Assembly: GCA_043228905.1 (NCBI GenBank)
Contig: JBHGNT010000013.1
Coordinates: forward strand, 17,546,001-17,610,000
Source: Azolla caroliniana
Lineage: Eukaryota > Plantae > Polypodiophyta
Direction: 5' to 3'
DNA: 64,000 nucleotides
The notes beneath the pieces are model-generated. The model worked only from the letters and a program-made list of their open reading frames with translations, made no database searches and had not been told where the DNA came from. Shown here piece by piece: positions 22,221 through 35,246 of the stretch. Each line of letters begins with the position of its first letter. Within the stretch, counting starts at the first letter, position 1. The position numbers and the translations under genes were made by a program.

Positions 22221-25200
22221 TGACGGGAACTTTACGTTCCTTATGTCCAACGCTCGGCCACAACCGAGATTCTTTTCATACACAGAAAAAACAGGTAATG
22301 AAACGCGACACTAAGGGGAGAAATGGTACACAGGAGGTTTACGTGGAAAACCCCAAAATAGGGAAAAAACCACGGCAGCCCACAGGCTGCAAACTGTCAC
22401 TATGTAGGAATATACAGCAGTGAGTTCACTGAGGCAACGACCTCGTGCTCTCAGATCTTCGCCACAGGCGGCGGTTACAACAGAGGCAACGACCTCGTCT
22501 CTCTCTCTCTCTCTCTGTACAGTTTCGCGCTCTATCTTCTTCTTGCACCAACAAGGGAGAATAACAACAACAAAAACTACACAACTAAGAGTTTGCCCTA
22601 AGTCATATTTATACTAATATGACTTTTCGGCTATTTACAAATGTAGCCTCGATGGGCTCTCAGAAACATATTTACGAATATGTCTCTTCCTCCGGTTCAT
22701 ACCGGGCCTACACCATCCGGCTCTCCGCAGTCGGGTACTCCCCATCCGGTTCATACCGGGCCTACACCATCCGGCTCTCCGCAGTCGGGTACTCCCCATC
22801 CGGTTCATACCGGGCCTACACCATCCGGCTCTCCGCAGTCGGGTACTCCCCATCCGGAGGGACCTGTCTCCCAACAAACTCCCCCTTCACTCCGGCATGG
22901 GGTGTCTTTCCAACCCGATCCTCTTCCGGCATGCGTCCAGCTTGTCGGGTGTCAGCACTTTGGTCAGCATATCTGACCCGTTCTCGGCCGTGTGGATCTT
23001 CGTCAGTGCGAACTCCTGGTCATCTACCCTTTCCCGGATCCAATGATACCTCCGATGGATATGCTTCGTCCGGGAATGGTAGGCCGCATTCTTAGCAAGG
23101 TGGATGGCACTTTGACTGTCGCAGTAGAGTCGGTATTCCTCTTGCCGGATACCGAGCTCTCCGATGAAGTCCTTCATCCATAATATTTCCTTGCCGGCTT
23201 CTACAGTCGCCATGTACTCCGCCTCTGTGGTTGACAATGCAACCGTCTTCTGCAGCCTCGACTGCCACGAAACAGCTCCCCCTACATATGTCATCACATA
23301 CCCAGATGTAGACCGGCTGGTATCCACATCAGCCGACATATCCGAATCGGTGAAACCGTCCAGTTGAGGTTTCCCGGAGCCGAATCGGAGACACATATTT
23401 GAAGTGCCCTTCAAATACCGGAGTATCCATTTGACCGCATTCCAATGCTCCTTGCCGGGATTACTCATGAACCGGCTCACCACTCCGACTGCGTATCCAA
23501 TGTCCGGTCGGGTACAAACCATTGGGTACATCAAGCTCCCGACGGCAGAGGCGTATGGAATCTTCATCATATCTGCCTTCTCTCCTTTTGTCTTCGGGCT
23601 TTGCTTGCCGGACAACTTGCAGTTTGTCGGAAGTGTCGATCCGACCGGTTTTGCATCTGACATGTTGAACCGGTGAAGCACCTTTGTCACATACTTCTCC
23701 TGTGACAACCATAATTGCTTCACTGACCGGTCCCGAATGATGTGCATCCCCAACATCTGTCTTGCCGGACCCATGTCTTTCATTGAGAAGGTCCGGTTGA
23801 GAGCCTTCTTCAGCATCCATATTTTGCCTTGGTCTCGTCCGACGATCAACATGTCATCCACGTACGGGAGAAGTATCAGGAAGTCCCCTCCTTCGAACTT
23901 CTTCACGAACACGCAGTGATCGGCCTGCGTCTTATGGTACCCTTGATCGGTCATGAAGGAGTCAAACTTCCGGTACCATTGCCGGGGAGCCTGCTTCAGT
24001 CCGTACAAGCTCTTCTTCAACCGGCATACCAGGTGCTCCTTCCCTTTCTCCACAAATCCTTCCGGTTGCTGCATGTAGATTTCCTCTTCGAGGTCGCCGT
24101 GGAGGAATGCCGTCTTCACGTCCAGCTGCTCTACCTCGAGATCCATGCTTGCTGCTATACTTAGCACCGTCCGGATGGAGGTCATCTTTACTACCGGGGC
24201 GAATATTTCGTCGAAGTCCACGCCCTTCTTCTGCTAGAACCCCTTCACCACGATCCTGGCTTTGTATCTCGGGGGGTTGCCGGCATCTCCCGGTTTCAAC
24301 TTGAACACCCACTTGTTTCGGAGTGCCCGCTTTCCTTTCGGCAGTTCCACTAGTTCGTACGTATGGTTCTCATGCAGGGAATCCATCTCATCCTGCATGG
24401 CACTTAACCATTTTCGGCTGTGGGTGTCTTCCTTCGCTTCTTCGAAGCTTTCCGGCTCCCCCTCATCGGTCAGCAGGACATGCTCTGCATCCGGAAATCT
24501 CCGGGGCGCCCTTCTCTCTCTGAGAGGATATCTACGTCTTCGGGCTTCGGTAACCGGTTCCTCCATTTGCTCTTCATCCGAATCCGATTCGGGGTCTTGA
24601 CCGGTTCCGGTCTCAGCTTCCTCTACTTCTTCTTCTGCCGGTTCGGTATCCTCACCGTAACCGGCTGGTTCCTCGAGTGCTAACCGGTCTCTTGCCGGTT
24701 GGGTCTGCTCATTGTAGAGTCTATCCTTACCGGTCGACTCGGAGTTCATTACCTTCTTCTCCGACTCCCAGTCGGCGAGCGTCTTGTCCTCCATGAAGAT
24801 AATATCTCGACTCCAGAATACCTTCTTGTCGACCGGGTCCCACACTCGGTAGCCGAACTCATTATCACCGTAACCGAGGAATATGCATGGCCGGGTCTTT
24901 GGATCTAACGTTCCTCTCCGGTCCTTTGCTACATGCACGTACGCGAGACACCCGAACACCCTCAGATGCCGGTAGGACACTTCCTTACCGGTCCATACTC
25001 TCTGTGGCGTGTCTCCGTCCAAGGGTACTGAGGGTGATCTGTTTATCACATATGTCGCCGTCGACAGTGCCTCAGCCCAAAACTTCTTGGGTAGTTTTGC
25101 ATGCGCTAGCATACTCCGAACCCTCTCCATTATGGTCCGGTTCATCCTCTCGGCCAGTCCGTTTAGTTCCGGCGTCTTCGGCACGGTAAATTCGAGCCGG

Positions 25201-27526
25201 ATTCCCTTCGAGCGGCAGTACTCCTCGAACTGCCCCCGGTACTCACCTCCGTTATCTGCTCGAACCGCCTTCAGCTTCCGGCCGGTTTCTCTTTCCACTC
25301 TCGCGTGGAGCTCTTTGAAGACTGATAACACCTGATCCTTCTTCTTCAGCGGTGTGACCCACAGCTTCCGGCTGTGGTCATCTATGAACGTCACGAAGTA
25401 CTGCGCTCCGGCATGTGACTTCGTGTCTACTTGACAAACATCCGTATGCACCAACTCCAGTGGTGCATTACGTCTCATTGGTGGCCTTGGTCGGAAGGAG
25501 GTCCGGTTCTGCTTACCGGCCAGACAATCAGTGCACTTCTCTAAGTGCACGTTCATCACTGGAATGAGGTTGTCGTCTCCAAGCCTCTTCATCCCCTTCT
25601 CACTCATGTGACATAGCCTCTTGTGCCACAGCTCACCGGCAGTGTCGGAAGCCACGTTCACTTCTTCCGGACATAGCCGGGCATTCATCAGGTACAGTGT
25701 GTTTACCTTCCGGGCCCGAGCCACAATCAGGCTCCCTTTGCTGAACTTCATGACACCGTTCCGGATGCTACCCGTGTAGCCTTCATCATCCAGCCGACCG
25801 GCTGAGATCAGGTTCAGACGAACTTCCGGAACGTGTCAGACATCCTTCAACAGCAACTTGCATCCGATTGGTGTTGTCAGCCACACGTCTCCCATGCCGA
25901 CAATTCGGCATGTTCCTTCATTCCCCATCCGGACACAGCCGTGATCACCGGCTAAGTAGGATGAGAAGCATTTCCGGTCTGGGGTAAGGTGGAACGACGC
26001 TCCGGAGTCTACCACCCAGGTCATCTCGTCGCCGGCATGGTTTATCTCACTCTCCTCGGTGATGAGCATCAACTCCTCTTCACTTGCCGCAATTGCCGTC
26101 GTTCCCTTCCGATCCGGCCCCCTCCGGTCTTTACCGTTCCGGTCTTTACCGTTCCGGTTCGGGGTTTGCTTCGAATCGGTACCGTCGGTTTCCTTGTCTT
26201 TACGGAAATGCCGACAGTTCTTTTGGAAGTGTCCCGGTTTGCCGCAATAGAAGCAAGTAGGCCTCCCCCTTGACTTTGACCGTGTCCCCGACTTCTCCCG
26301 GTTCTGGGGACTACGGTTTCTATGTCTTCCGCGTTCCGATTCGGTAAGGAGCGCCTTGGAGTCGGAGCTCGTATCTTTGTCTTTCCGACGAGCCCCCTCA
26401 TCTAGCAAGCTCGACTTTACTCTTGCTAGGGATAACCGTTTTCCTTCCGGCCCGGCGTTGCCCAAAGTGACAACCAACGTCTCCCAGCTATCCGGGAGGG
26501 AACCGAGCAGGAGTAGCGCTAGGACCTCATCGGCAAGAGGTACTTCCAATGACGTTGCTTGGTGGATCAGCCCCTGGAAGGCATTCATATGCTCCGCCAT
26601 GCTGGAGCCATCTTGGTACCGGAGTCTTACTAGCTTCCGGAATACCGACACCTGATTGACAGCATTTTTGTTCTGGAACATTATGCCGATCTTCTCCCAG
26701 AGCTCATGAGCCTTGCTCTCTTCATTGAAGTTGTTGTACAGGCTCATGTCGATGAAGCACCGTATGTACGCCGTTGTCTTCATGTGCATCACCTCCCATA
26801 TCGCGGCGTTGATTTTGTCCGGTCTCTTGTCCCCGAACTGAACCGGCAACCAGAGGTCTTTAACCACGAGCATGTCCCTCATCTTTGACTTCCACACTGA
26901 ATAGTTGGAGCCGGTGAGCTTGAACATGCCGCCAAACGATTCGTCCATTTTCTGTGTCGATTTTGCTCTGATACCACTTGACGGGAACTCTACGTTCCTT
27001 ATGTCCGACGCTCGGCCACAACCGAGATTCTTTTCATACACAGAAAAAACAGGTAATGAAACGCGACACTAAGGGGAGAAATGGTACACAGGAGGTTTAC
27101 GTGGAAAACCCCAAAATAGGGGAAAAACCACGGCAGCCCACAAGTTGCAAACTGTCACTATGTAGGAATATACAGCAGTGAGTTCACTGAGGCAACGACC
27201 TCGTGCTCTCAGATCTTCGCCACAGGCGGCGGTTACAACAGAGGCAACGACCTCGTCTCTCTCTCTCTCTCTCTGTACAGTTTCGCGCTCTATCTTCTTC
27301 TTGCACCAACAAGGGAGAATAACAACAACAAAAACTACACAACTAAGAGTTTGCCCTAAGTCATATTTATACTAATATGACTTTTCGGCTATTTACAAAT
27401 GTAGCCTCGATGGGCTCTCAGAAACATATTTACGAATATGTCTCTTCCTCCGGTTCATACCGGGCCTACACCATCCGGCTCTCCGCAGTCGGGTACTCCC
27501 CATCCGGAGGGACCTGTCTCCCAACA
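22221..27526 (-). mobile_element. Young full-length Ty1/copia LTR retrotransposon (nested)
   Basis: LTRs 22221-22876 and 26979-27526, both TG..CA; 5-bp TSD GGAGC at 22216-22220 and 27527-27531; tRNA-iMet PBS 26965-26976; PPT 22877-22886. Confidence 0.98.
22887..26948 (-). pseudogene. Copia gag-PR-INT-RT-RNaseH polyprotein with two in-frame premature stops
   Basis: One reading frame: CCHC knuckle CFYCGKPGHFQKNC, protease WVVDSGAS, integrase HTD..FIDD..E, RT YVDD, RNaseH; stops TGA at 25836-25838 and TAG at 24234-24236 (probably from CGA and CAG). Confidence 0.93.
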
Positions 27527-30130
27527 GGAGCGACTCTAGAGAACAACTATTCATCATAATTTATGTGGACAACTTGGCCATTGGAGGAGAGCACATGGCG
27601 ATATCAAGCATACCAAGAAGCTACTCTCTAGCCAATTCGAAATGAAAGACATGAATGAGCTACATTACTTTCTAGGTATAGAAGTAATCCGAACTCCATT
27701 CAACATCATGATCTCCCAACAACACTATGTTCTAAATCTTCTCTTCAAGTTTGGGATGATAGAGTGTAAGTCTGTCACTACCCCTCTCGATCGAAACCTA
27801 TAGCTAGAAGCCGATTCTGGCACAACAGAGTGTGAGCCGATTCTCTATTGTCAGCTAATCGGATGCCTAATCTATCTCATTGTCACTCGACCTGATCTCA
27901 GTTACTTGGTCGGCCTCCTTAGCCAGTTCATGCAGACTCCACGTGACATTCAACTCGACTGTGCTAAGCAAGTACTAAGGTATGTGAGTGGGACCATGGA
28001 GTTCAACATCCTCTCCAGATTGGCCACACCGATTCTATTCGAAGGGTACATTGATGCCAATTGGGCAGGCTACAAAGCCAACAAACGATCAACATCAAGG
28101 TTCGTCTTCTAACTCGACAATGGCACCATATATTGGAGCGGTAAGAAGCAGCTGACAATCGCACTGTCGAGCACAAAAGCCGAATACAAGGGCACGATTG
28201 TCGCCGCATGTGAAGTCGTTTGGCTCAAGAGAATATTAAAGGATTTGGGCGTTCCCACCAAGGATTTGATTCTCGTGTATTTGGGACAACATGAGCAACA
28301 TTCACTTGGCCTGTAACCCAAATTTCCATGATCGGACTAAACACATTGAGGTGCATTATCACTTCATCCGAAAACGTATCCTGGCTGGAGATGTCGACCT
28401 GCATCACATCAACACGCATCTGTAGACGGTCGACATCTTCACGAAGGCCTTGGGAGCCAACAAGCTACATCAATTCATGACGAAACTCGGTCTCTCGACC
28501 ACCAACCAACTGAGCTTGAGGGGGAGTAAGAAACCGACCGACACGACGTCGATCAAAGACCAGACCAAGTGAGTCGGCTACCCAAAGCCGAAGCTGGAAC
28601 CGACTCAAAGTCGACCCGAAGACCAATCTGAACCAACTTTTCAGCGACAGGAAGTTGCGTTTGAGGGGGTGTGTTGAGAATCAAACTCAACTTCCCTAGT
28701 GTGGGAACACATCCTAGTATACTCAAGTGTGAACACCCCACCTCCTAATATAGTAACTAGTGTGTCATAGAACCTTAAAGTTCTATGACACATATTTAAT
28801 GTAGTTAAGTCTCCACCTCTCTTGAGTAAGTGGTGGTTGTATAGAGAGAAGGTGATTACATAAGCACCTCTCCCCTCTTTGTAATAGTTTGGTTAAAGTG
28901 TTGGAGTACATGTACCCCAAAGGACACAAATTTCCAACTTTGGTTTAAGCCTTGGTTTGTACTTCATTCAAGATATGCATGTACGCAATGCATTCAAGGG
29001 CATTGCAATATGAAATCTTTGTCATCCTTCTATTAAAAGTGCTCATGGACGAGAGTCACACGATGTAATATCATAATCAAACATTTGATTCATAATGTAA
29101 ATTGCCATGGCCGCCACTCCATCCCAACATGAGTGGCATGCTTCTTTAGATTACCCGATGTAGGACAACTCAAGTATTTGATGGTTCTCTCATTCCATCG
29201 CTTTGTTTTGTTGCGGTTTGTAATGACACATAAATTGTCAATGTATTCTTCTGTAATGGAGGTATGCATTTCATGAGAGAAGTATGCTATATTGTCATCC
29301 AAACAATGACATCAAATATTTTCGTTGATCTCTTTATCCACAAGAATTTGAAATTTTAAAAGGGAGAAAACACTTAACTTATTGATGCATGGAGGATATT
29401 GAAATGAGTTTCTCCAAAGTGGCCAACACAAATCATACATTGGAGTGTTGCACTTCTAAGGGTCACTACGAAGTCTCAAGGGGTCACCTTTCTCACAATG
29501 AGCTAACCAAGGAATTGGGGGACATTACTTCCAATAGCAAAGATTACATCACACTTCAACACATAAAAGCACTAACCTCGTAGCTTCACCCAATCATGAA
29601 AGCCTCCAAGGCTTCTTAAGTTAAACTAAAATTAACTTCTTCACCTCTTATACATAGCCCATGCATGTCATAAGATTGCCATGAGGTGATTAGCTTGTTG
29701 TCATCCCACATATTTTGTGTTCATCATGTCAATGTCACCTTTGATGTAATGTCAATATGCTTTTCATATAAGGTATTGGTGTAGATCTTGTATTTCTTTG
29801 ATGCAAAGTTACTCTACTCAAGCTTCTCACTAACATCAATAGAGCTTCCCATTTGGACATTCGCCTTGTTGGTAGTGATTCTTTCTTCTCTTTGTATTCT
29901 TTTAAACATTTACAACAAATGGAACATGGTGCTGCTCTTCCCTTTAAGAAATGCATAGACACTATGTCAAGAATTTCCAACCACATCAATGTGCATGAGT
30001 TGATTCTTCAACAAATAGATGACTTCAAGCACAACAAACAAACAAATGAAGAGGCTATATCAATTAATAACCTCATATTTTGATACTATACAAACAATTA
30101 CATAATATAGTTATATGTTGTGATAAATTA

Positions 30131-30198
<68 letters not shown>

Positions 30199-30200
<2 letters not shown>

Positions 30201-30515
30201 ATTAGAATTAGAATTGTCCATAAAGAGGCCAATTTTAACCTACGGATCCAAAGAATACATGTGTTCTTGATACGTGTCTCCTTCCTAAAAAGGGGTATTC
30301 ATACCTTGAAGCACAAAGTCTCTATGTGTGAATAAGGCATGCGCATATGAGCTCAGCCTTCTAGGTGGTGTCTTAAGTATGGCACTTAAGTTATCACTCC
30401 CTCTTAATATGTCATCATATCTTGAGTGAATTGCACTATATGCCGAGCATGTGAAGAGCAAGTGACATTCATCCTCTATCATGCCTTCATTGCATACTTT
30501 ACATGCTCTCAAATT
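30199..30515 (-). mobile_element. 5'-truncated RTEX-like LINE 3' end (family 2), tail (AATTCT)n, between GA/GT microsatellites
   Basis: RACKVCNEGMIEDECHLLFTCSAYSAIHSRY (CxxC...EDExHxxxxC); + strand GAATTAGAATTAGAATT abuts (GA)n. Confidence 0.8.
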
Positions 30516-30572
30516 CGGTACATTTTGATACCATGATGCAACTTCTCACTAAGGTAAGCTTATTACAATAAT

Positions 30573-30648
<76 letters not shown>

Positions 30649-31791
30649 GTGCGTGCAAGATTCACGAAGCCAATGTGTTAAGCAAATTTGGAGATACATA
30701 CTTGAATACCTATTAAAGATCACATAAAATGATCATGACACTTTTATTGAGAGAAAAAAACAACATCCAAGAAAATAAAATGATTAAGACTCTGTACTAA
30801 GGAAAATGTGGGATAATCACAATCAATTATCATTAGCAAACGCACAATTCTGCATCTTCTTGGGCACACACTCTTGTACAAACCATTATTATCTAAGCAC
30901 TCACTAAAGTGAGAAACCTAAAGTTGTCCAAACTTTTGGACTTGCGCTGACACACCATCTCAATCGATCAACTTTGACAAACTCTAAAGACATCCTCAAC
31001 CCCATCTTGCCAGTTGGGGGCGTTTATTTCACACATGCACATGGATTTCCGTGACATCATCACTCAAGAATCTATTGAGTCTCAACTTTACAAGTGTTTC
31101 AATTCAAGTAATGTTCTACACTTGATGGTCAATAGTTGATGTTGTCTCAATGTGAAATTCTAGAAGATAATAACCCATAAATCCACTACGAGTTTGAGAA
31201 GGTTGAATTTTTCAATTGGTTCACAATGGCCTAGTGCATGTAAACAAATACAAAATTGCCTACATGGCGTATGGAGTTCCCAAATTTTCCAATTCCAATA
31301 CAACATTCAAAATTTTAATCTGCCAAGCATTGTGGATATCCTTTTGCCATGTATGGTCATAATAACCAAATCATGATAATTCTGTTTTGTTCATTCTTTG
31401 GGGGAATTAAATGCTTGCCTGATTTCCTCAATATCACATCATTGGTTTGAGTTTAGGGTTTATGGTAGATATGTCATTCTTGAATGAGAGAAAAATACAT
31501 TCGAAGGCGATACATTGGGAATGTAGGTTTTCAAGAAATTTTGCAGAAACATGCTATTCTCATATCCTTAAAGTAATAAATTGTCATATTATCGTCGACA
31601 TGAAACGGAAAGGAAATCTTCACTTGATAAAAACCAAGAGTTCAATGATAATAGGGAAATTTTGGGACACTACTCAAAACATAGAGTTCTCTTTTATCTT
31701 GTGTCTATTCATTTGGCAAATATTAACAAATGATAGTTAGAGAGAGCTTAGGTTATAATTACATTAAACCGATTTATAAATTTTACAAAAC

Positions 31792-33356
31792 TTATCTAGG
31801 AAATGCATTGTAGCCTTGGGAACAAAGATAACCAACTATAATCCCGACAATCGCACCGGCAATGACTTGCAAAGGGGTGTGCCCAAGTATTTCTTTTAAC
31901 TTCTTCTCTCGAAGAGGATGGCCTTGGAATCGATCCTTCACTATCAAATTTAGCACCTACAACAAGGTTTTACAACAAAGTTAGAATGATTTGACACATG
32001 TCCAAGAACATATACATATACAATGGATGCAAGGCAAGAAGACAATAAAGCACACAAATAGAGCATCCATATTAACCATGATACAAATGTTGACAATTGT
32101 CTCTCCATAACACATGTTGGTGGTCCAAGCTCTATTGCAGGCATTTCACATTTGATCGAGCACTAAATGTGTCCATTTTGATATCTATTGAACCTTGTCT
32201 TCAAAAAGGCCTTGGGTCTAAAGTGACTTTGGACATTCAAATTAGGCCACAAACCACATGCATCTATTCATATCTTTATGGACCTCGTCTTCGAGAAACC
32301 TTGGGAATCAAGTGACATTTTACACTATTTATTGAACATTATTTACCTTGCATCATGACATGTATGAGTGTTCTTGTATTATGTATCAAAATCGCCTTAT
32401 AAACGACTTTCGATAATGAAGCATAACAGAGATTGAGCACTTGCAAAAGAAAATATCTTTATGGACCTCGTCTTCGAGAGAAACCTTGGGAATCAAGTGA
32501 CTTATAGTAGAATCTTACACTATTAATTGAACATTATCTCACCTTGCATCATGACATGTATGAGTGTTCTTGAATTATGTAACAAAATCGCCTTATAAAC
32601 AACATTTCGATAATCAAGCGTAGCAAAGATTGAGCTCTTTGCAAAATAAAAATGTCCTATTCATTATTGTTTAGTCTGAGTTATATTATGTTCAATCAAA
32701 GGCTTTCGAAAGAGATGTGGCGAATAACTAACCTGGGCTTGCATGCCTGCATGCCGTCTCACGCCGATGGCATCATACATAACAATGAGGGTGAAGCCAA
32801 GGCAAACCGGGAAGAGAGCATCTCCGATACCATGCAAAACCGCGACCGATGTCGTGAGAGCAACGCAAAGGGCCGAATGTGATGACGGCATACCCCCACA
32901 TCCAATAAGCATGCTCACATCCCATCTCCTCTCTACAAAGAAAGTGGTAAAAACCTTCATGACTTGTGAGAGAGACCATGCCATGAGACCAGCCATGAAG
33001 GTCGGGTTCGAACACAACGCGGCCACAAGCGGATTTATATGGTCTTTCGCCATACTTGTGGTAGTGCTTAACAATGCCAATGTTAGGCCAATCCCTCCTT
33101 GTTCTTTCAAAGAACTCAATGTGATGTGCCCATCATCAGATCTCAGCCACACCTCTTGGAACCCCTGTTTTAGGGCTAGAGCTTGTTTCTTCAGCATCAT
33201 CGACGATGACAAATTCCTTCGGGGCTTATTATGTGGAACCCTCGATGACAATGATGATGATGATGATGATGATGATGATACATCAATCTGAGGACGATGA
33301 TGAGAGATTGATAGTTCATTATAATTACCATGGAGGCTTGGATGTGATAGATCCAT
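31792..33356 (-). CDS. DUF212 / acid phosphatase-vanadium haloperoxidase-related membrane protein, 2 exons (33356-32733, 31956-31792), 262 aa
   Basis: GGMPSSHSALCVAL...VMYDAIGVRRHAGMQAQ|VLNLIV...LKEILGHTPLQVIAGA; phase-0 GT-AG intron. Confidence 0.93.
32270..32642. repeat. Tandem duplication of about 185 bp in the DUF212 intron
   Basis: TATCTTTATGGACCTCGTCTTCGAGA...CCTTGCATCATGACATGTATGAGTGTTCTTG...AAAATCGCCTTATAAAC occurs twice. Confidence 0.85.
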
Positions 33357-34044
33357 AGCAGAAGAGGTTTAGAAACAGATCTAGGTTAACCTTTTCCGGG
33401 GGGAAATGTGAAGACTTAATGTCATTTCGCAAATTAGAGTGATTGGGGAAAAACCCACAGGTCCAAATTACAGAATGTGCCCATTTAGTAGATCCCCTGT
33501 TGCAGAACACCCACGTAACCATTTGCACCAAAGAAGAAGAAGACAGAAAATAAGAGTAGAAAACCAAGAATATGCTTCAAACATACAATCTTTGAAGTCC
33601 TTGCTTTTAAAGGATATTCTTCAAGCATTTCCAAGCATATCCTCTAAGATCCAATTCACACTAGGTTGCGCATTTCCAAGGGTATATCGTATAAACACCA
33701 CTCGTTCGATCGTAAATCTCGCTTTTCAAAAGACTCTTACCGTCCACATTAGGCTGCGGAAAAAGGAAGAAGGCAATATCCTTTGTGTCAAGAGACCTGC
33801 TCAAGGATATATAATACATAAAGCGTGTCTTATTTTGTCTGGGAAGATCAAATCACAATAGGTGTTCAGCCTTGTCACTTTGTTCTTAGAGATCTTTCAA
33901 GTAGAAAATATATCAATTGATAGATGAACCAAATGATGACAATATCTTAAATGTCTTCACAAGAGAGACTAGAAATATGACCCGTGTAAAAAGGTATGGG
34001 AAATCATAGACAAAGTTCACCATTTTGAAGTCTTTCTATGGTGA

Positions 34045-34355
34045 ATGAGCATATCCATGATGAATCCACCATATGACTTGCAAGTGAACTTCAATTTCCT
34101 TCTGTTGTATCGATTTTGAGCATCTTCACCATTTTCTTTGAGTTCATAATAACAAGTACATTCTAGTTTGGAAGCAAACTTTATAATCATAGCATATATG
34201 TGAGCATATCCATGATGAATCCACCATATGATTTGCAAGTGAACTTCAATTTCCTTCTTTTGTATCGATTTTGAGCATCTTCACCATTTTCTTTGAGTTC
34301 ATAATAACAAGTACATTCTAGTTTGGAAGCAAACTTTATAATCATAGCATATGTG
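34045..34355. repeat. Near-perfect tandem duplication of about 155 bp
   Basis: TGAGCATATCCATGATGAATCCACCATATGA...GGAAGCAAACTTTATAATCATAGCATAT occurs twice. Confidence 0.9.
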
Positions 34356-35246
34356 TGATGGCACATACGCTACATAACTACTAAAGCTACACATCATTGG
34401 TCATTTGGTTGAATGAATCTAATAATCTAGATGGCTTGAAAACAGATGACATGGAGACTATGATTGAAGGTCATACTACACTACAGGAAATGGTCATGTG
34501 GTCAACCACATATCCTCTATGAGTCAGGATAGCTATGGCACATTGACTGTTGAATATTGGTCCTATTGACAAAACCATTGACCCAATTTATTATGTTGCA
34601 GAGAAAATGATCAACATACCCTCTGTGAAAAAAATGGGCTTTTCTGATTAAAGGATGTTGAATTCTGAAACACTAAATGAGCTATTGAAATTGACTTAAG
34701 GAGTAAGATAGGAAAAACCTATTGGTTGAGAGGAGGCCAAAAGACTCTGCATTTTGATCAATCCAAGCTCACAGTGATCACAAGGGTACGAGTTACTAAT
34801 ACAATTATTGTAAACCCATCTATGATTAGGTAGATGCACTCTAGAAACTTACTCAAATTGCTAAGAAGATGCTAGCACAGAAGAATTGAGATTTCCCCAA
34901 TTATTATTGAAATTCTCCTAAGCTAAAATTAACCATGTTTAGGACATGGTCCGTAACTAAAAACCATAATTCTCAATCATCACCATTAAAAGAAAATTCA
35001 TCCTCGTATACCATCTTAAACAGCCTAGTAATAACCATCAATCCATGTTTACAACATCATTTGTCCATAACATCATTTGTCCATAACCTTCAATATGACA
35101 ACCGATAAGTCTTATTCAATAATCCGAAGTTAACCATATCATGTTTACAACACACATTGTCCATAGGAATGGAAAATATAATATATACATTAAGTGAGGA
35201 ATTCATACAAATGTTTCTCCATAAGACTTTTTCCCAGACAAACAAT

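Larger units (their letters stand above)
20879..28896 (+). mobile_element. Older Ty1/copia element (outer), internally deleted and interrupted by the nested copia
   Basis: 5' LTR TG...CA 20879-21242; PBS TGGTATCAAAGC 21243-21254; gag from 21383 (KLNRNNYASWEYKM); gag joined directly to RT (VQPPGF...LYGLKQAPR); RT/RNaseH 27532-28530 with stops; PPT GAGGGGG; 3' LTR begins at 28672 and is truncated near 28896. Confidence 0.93.

Noticed and set aside
22691-22852. Regular direct repeats resembling a CRISPR array
   Set aside because: Three identical contiguous 54-bp units with no unique spacers, inside an LTR of a eukaryotic retrotransposon
24234-25838. Programmed stop-codon readthrough or U-to-C editing of the two stops in the copia polyprotein
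   Set aside because: Both stops are simply explained by C-to-T decay of CGA and CAG codons in methylated TE DNA, and neither lies at the gag/pol boundary
28897-30100. Short ORFs in the sequence that truncates the outer 3' LTR
   Set aside because: Probably decayed TE sequence, but no motif could be recognised to assign it
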